From contig CAZWEN010000011.1 of the NCBI GenBank assembly GCA_964632775.1, positions 1 through 15,489 on the forward strand: a stretch of DNA of 15,489 nt. Reading direction: 5' to 3'. A program made the position numbers and the translations under genes. The stretch is from an uncultured Candidatus Saccharibacteria bacterium (GTDB lineage: Bacteria > Patescibacteriota > Minisyncoccia > Minisyncoccales > CAZWEN01). Shown in pieces: positions 12,485-15,489 of this stretch (position 1 is the stretch's first letter; the number at the start of each line of letters is the position of its first letter). The notes under the pieces were generated by a model. It did no database searches, was not told the DNA's origin, and saw only the letters and a list, made by a program, of their open reading frames with translations.

Positions 12485-14185
12485 TTACTCTAACTCTTTC
12501 TCTATATCTTTTATTTCTTTGCTCACAGATTCTTCGGTAACTTTTAGAGTCTCTTTCAATTCATCACAAACTTTTCTTTCTTTCTCAGTAAATCCCGGCT
12601 GTGAATCCAACATTTCAATTCGTTTTTCAATTTCTTTTCTTAGCCCTTCAAAAGATGTCCGGACGCTTTCTTTCGCCTCTTGGGTTTCTTTCTTTAATAT
12701 TTTTTTTGATTGCCAAATTCGGAAAACTAAAAATCCAAATATTAAAATTCCTAAAATCGAAATCAGAGCAAAAATTAAAGCTAAGGTCTTGAAGGTAATC
12801 AAAATTGGCCCGAAAGCTAACCCACTTAGGGAGATTTCCACTGTTTTTGGTTCAGTCACTTCACTCACCGCCCCTCTTTTGTCTTTAGCTTGGGCTGATA
12901 AAAAATAAGCGCCAGATTTAATTAGGTCTTTTGTAGAAAATGACCATTCTCCCTGATTGTTACTTAAAGTTAGCCAATTTTTAATTACTTTTTTATTTTT
13001 TTTCAAGAAAATTGTAATCTCATTTTCTGGAAGAGCTGTCCCCTCTGCATAAAATGTTTCCTCTCCAGAAACGTATGTCCTGGGCCAGATGGTAATCTGG
13101 GGACTCTCAATAGGCTCTACGTCTATTATTGTTTTGGCTTCAACTCCGTTTCCAGCTTCATCCATGGCTCGGACTATAACTGAACGGTGGCCAGGAGTTT
13201 GGAAAAACAAGGGAAAAGGATTAATTTGAGCAAGCATTAAATTTAAAAAGTTTTCTTCTCCAATTTTAAGTTTGTAATAACTAATTCCCGAGATATCATC
13301 ATTCGTTTCAAAATATAAGTTTGGTCGAGGATTGGTAGAATCCCCGGCATTATCAATTATTACTTCAAAGGGATAAGGAGGACGAACATCAACTTGAATC
13401 TTATAGTGAGCAGGTTCACTCCAGCCTATTTCATTTTCTAACCTGAGGTGGAAGTACCAAATCCCATCATTAATGTTTTTGTAAATCTTAGATTGAATTT
13501 TGCCCTCAGAATCGGTATCAGGTATAGTATTAGGGTCACGGTCTAAAATAAAACTCGCTCCGGTTACGTCCGGCCCCATCTCCCACTGAAAACGAGGGCT
13601 GTTATTGTTATACCACCCTTTTTCTTGAGGATGAGTCAGGCAAAGAATCTGAGGAGGTAAAGGAGCTTGACCAAGCCGAGCTTCGGCTTTTGCCTCAGGG
13701 AGAACTCTCGCCTTTTGAATAAAATATTTTGCTTCTTTAAGAAAAACTAAAATATTTGTTCCTTTTCCATCGTCAGCTAAAACTCGTCCCTCGCCCAGAG
13801 TAAGATCGACCATCCCTTCTTCTTTAGCTTTGAAGTTTATAGTAATTATATTGCCCACTCCAATAAAACCAGGGTGAGGCATCCCTCCAGAAAATGATAT
13901 TTCACCAGAGGAATTGGAAAAAACCGGCTCCTCTGGCCAAAGAGTAAAAATAGAACTCTCTTTTGAAATATTTAATACTTCTAATTTATCTAAAGGAAAA
14001 TAAATAGTAGCTTGAGCAGCATTAATAGGAATGCCGGCGGTATCTACTTTAACTTCTGCTGAAAAAGCATCTCCGACAATGAAACTTCCACTTCCTGAAG
14101 AAAGAAAAAGCGAACCTCCCTGAGCTTGAACAGGGACAGCAATAAAGAAAAATAGGATGGTAATTGGAATTATTGCCTTTTTCAT
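12485..14185 (-). CDS. cohesin-domain surface protein with C-terminal TM anchor and cytoplasmic coiled-coil tail
   Basis: 566 aa. Signal peptide (..AVPVQA/QGG), cohesin-like domain (GSLFLSSGSGSFIVGDAFSAEVKVDT...VLADDGKGTNIL), THPQEKGWYNNNSPRFQW Ig/FN3-like modules, TM helix (LALIFALISILGILIFGFLVF), and a Lys/Glu-rich tail. Its ATG overlaps the stop of the upstream paralog (ATGA at 14182-14185). Confidence 0.75.
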   Translation of the reverse strand: MKKAIIPITILFFFIAVPVQAQGGSLFLSSGSGSFIVGDAFSAEVKVDTAGIPINAAQATIYFPLDKLEVLNISKESSIFTLWPEEPVFSNSSGEISFSGGMPHPGFIGVGNIITINFKAKEEGMVDLTLGEGRVLADDGKGTNILVFLKEAKYFIQKARVLPEAKAEARLGQAPLPPQILCLTHPQEKGWYNNNSPRFQWEMGPDVTGASFILDRDPNTIPDTDSEGKIQSKIYKNINDGIWYFHLRLENEIGWSEPAHYKIQVDVRPPYPFEVIIDNAGDSTNPRPNLYFETNDDISGISYYKLKIGEENFLNLMLAQINPFPLFFQTPGHRSVIVRAMDEAGNGVEAKTIIDVEPIESPQITIWPRTYVSGEETFYAEGTALPENEITIFLKKNKKVIKNWLTLSNNQGEWSFSTKDLIKSGAYFLSAQAKDKRGAVSEVTEPKTVEISLSGLAFGPILITFKTLALIFALISILGILIFGFLVFRIWQSKKILKKETQEAKESVRTSFEGLRKEIEKRIEMLDSQPGFTEKERKVCDELKETLKVTEESVSKEIKDIEKELE

Positions 14186-15489
14186 ATTCCGTTCAATTTT
14201 CTTTTAAGTTCTCGGCCGTTTTTCTCTGTTTTATCTTTTATTTCTTTTAGAGCTGCTCTTTTTCGGCCAAGGCTTTTCTGACGTTTATGCCAAAAGAAAA
14301 CAATCACTAAAATAGCAACGATTAGAGTTAAGAAGATTAAAATTACCTTCCACCAGGGAAGAAAAAATGTCCAAATATTAATTCCCCTTTTGGTAATATA
14401 GAATATTTTTTCAACTGGAATAACTTCAATTTTCTCACTTGAATCTTGCCAATTCATCGCTCGATCAAAAGCTCTAACCATTACCCCATATTCTCCAGTA
14501 TCTAAAGAAGGCAACTTATAAGGAGAAGATACTTCAACAAAAAATCCAGTTTCCTTTTTCTGAGGAGCTTCGGTCAAATCAATAAGCTTTAGCTCATAAT
14601 GGTCTAGACCAGAAAGACTATCAGTAGTGATAAAAGAAACTATTGGTTCTTTAGCAGTCATCACCGGAGACCTTAAAGTTGGTTCGAAAGAAAGAGCAAA
14701 AACAGCCGGGGGAGTAGTGTCAATTAGCAAAATATAATGAGTTACTCCTCCCCAGACATCTCCCTTTTTAGCTTTAATGTGAAAATACCGGATTCCATCT
14801 TCCAGGTCAGTGTAAGAAACTGAAGTATAATCTCCTTCAGAAATATTATCGGGCACTCCGTAAAAGCTATCATCAATGCTATAATTAAAATCTATTACCC
14901 CCTCTTCCTTTTCCCAGGAAAGAGTAGGAGAATTGTTGTTATACCATTTATTTTGATCAGGATGAGTGGGAGAAAAAACTTTGGGCCCTTCAGGAGGAGG
15001 GATAATAATTTTGTAAACTCCCCTTCCTATTGAGCTCAAAATATTAGTTCCCTTTCCATCATCTAAAAGAACTTGAGAAGAATCTAAAATGGAAACTACC
15101 GCTTCCCCAGGGTTAATGGCTCGAAAAGTAATGGTCGAAACTAAACCAGAGGAAGTATTAATTCCTGGGGAAGGTGCTCCTCCCTGAAAAAAGGCCTTCC
15201 CCTCAATATTGGAAAAAGTGGGCTGAGAAATCCAGACAGCAATGAAAGACCTTCCGGCAGTTGGACTGGCTATTTGAAGTTTTCTTTGATTAAATTTTAA
15301 ATCTACTTTTACGGCATTAACATTGTTTCCTCCGGTATTGACAAATATTGAAACATCAAAAGTGCTACCTACAAAAAAGGTGCCTGACTGGGGAGAGAGA
15401 TAAAGAGAAGCCCCCTGAGCTTCAACAAAATCCTTTCCAGCAAAAAAAAGAAAAAATAGGATAAATGATATTAAGAATGTCTTTCTCAT
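14182..15489 (-). CDS. cohesin-domain surface protein, shorter paralog with C-terminal TM anchor
   Basis: 435 aa. The ATG sits exactly at the window edge (15487-15489). Signal peptide (..FVEA/QGA), cohesin-like domain (ASLYLSPQSGTFFVGSTFDVSIFVNT...LLDDGKGTNIL), THPDQNKWYNNNSPTLSW module, TM helix (VILIFLTLIVAILVIVFFW), and a basic tail. Confidence 0.75.
   Translation of the reverse strand: MRKTFLISFILFFLFFAGKDFVEAQGASLYLSPQSGTFFVGSTFDVSIFVNTGGNNVNAVKVDLKFNQRKLQIASPTAGRSFIAVWISQPTFSNIEGKAFFQGGAPSPGINTSSGLVSTITFRAINPGEAVVSILDSSQVLLDDGKGTNILSSIGRGVYKIIIPPPEGPKVFSPTHPDQNKWYNNNSPTLSWEKEEGVIDFNYSIDDSFYGVPDNISEGDYTSVSYTDLEDGIRYFHIKAKKGDVWGGVTHYILLIDTTPPAVFALSFEPTLRSPVMTAKEPIVSFITTDSLSGLDHYELKLIDLTEAPQKKETGFFVEVSSPYKLPSLDTGEYGVMVRAFDRAMNWQDSSEKIEVIPVEKIFYITKRGINIWTFFLPWWKVILIFLTLIVAILVIVFFWHKRQKSLGRKRAALKEIKDKTEKNGRELKRKLNGI

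Noticed and set aside
11368-12908. Plus-strand ORFs 11368-11571, 12519-12908 and 12601-12792
   Set aside because: They are antisense to the S41 peptidase and the 566-aa cohesin-domain gene, with Ser/Phe/Leu/Lys-rich low-complexity translations. Shadow ORFs.
2873-14185. Alternative genetic code (UGA read as an amino acid, as in some candidate phyla)
   Set aside because: All six ATGA overlaps (2873, 5373, 7701, 10770, 14182 and the duplicated pair) use TGA as the stop of a full-length, motif-complete upstream protein. Conserved proteins (PyrG, UppS, L9, L27) have normal lengths under the standard bacterial code.

Overview
Gene-dense, AT-rich window with every credible gene but one (rpmA) on the minus strand. 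Gene content and style fit a small-genome bacterium such as a Patescibacteria/CPR member: short Lgt/LspA, cohesin-domain surface proteins, six ATGA stop/start overlaps, few Shine-Dalgarno sites. That taxonomic placement is inference only. All family calls rest on motifs I recognise in the translations; no database search was possible. Order along the minus strand, from high to low coordinates: two paralogous cohesin-domain membrane-anchored surface proteins, an S41 C-terminal processing peptidase, rplI, pyrG; then rpmA alone on the plus strand; then a small membrane protein, a geranylgeranyl-reductase-family flavoprotein and uppS; a 150-aa membrane protein; two tandem copies of a 2.5-kb unit (62-aa Cys-rich ORF, lspA, lgt, LolA-like lipoprotein); and last a DUF5661-like protein, a zinc-ribbon protein, two small membrane proteins and a truncated membrane protein. 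The most unusual feature is the head-to-tail duplication at 1371-3870 and 3871-6372. It has a 2095-nt core with no differences, but its left 349 nt differ at 25 positions (22 transitions), and the right ~55 nt also differ. Other points worth a second look: a 52-54-nt element that sits in frame in the lspA 5' end and again, inverted, in the uppS 3' region; a dispersed intergenic module (conserved 34-nt box, hairpin/T-run, extended -10); uppS translationally coupled to a GGR-family reductase; convergent rpmA/pyrG ends sharing a 9-bp palindrome that contains both stop codons; and several -10-like boxes 6-8 nt from ATG codons, which suggests leaderless mRNAs. I found no tRNA, rRNA, CRISPR array, transposase, integrase or recognisable defence gene. 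No clearly novel multi-gene system can be asserted from sequence alone.
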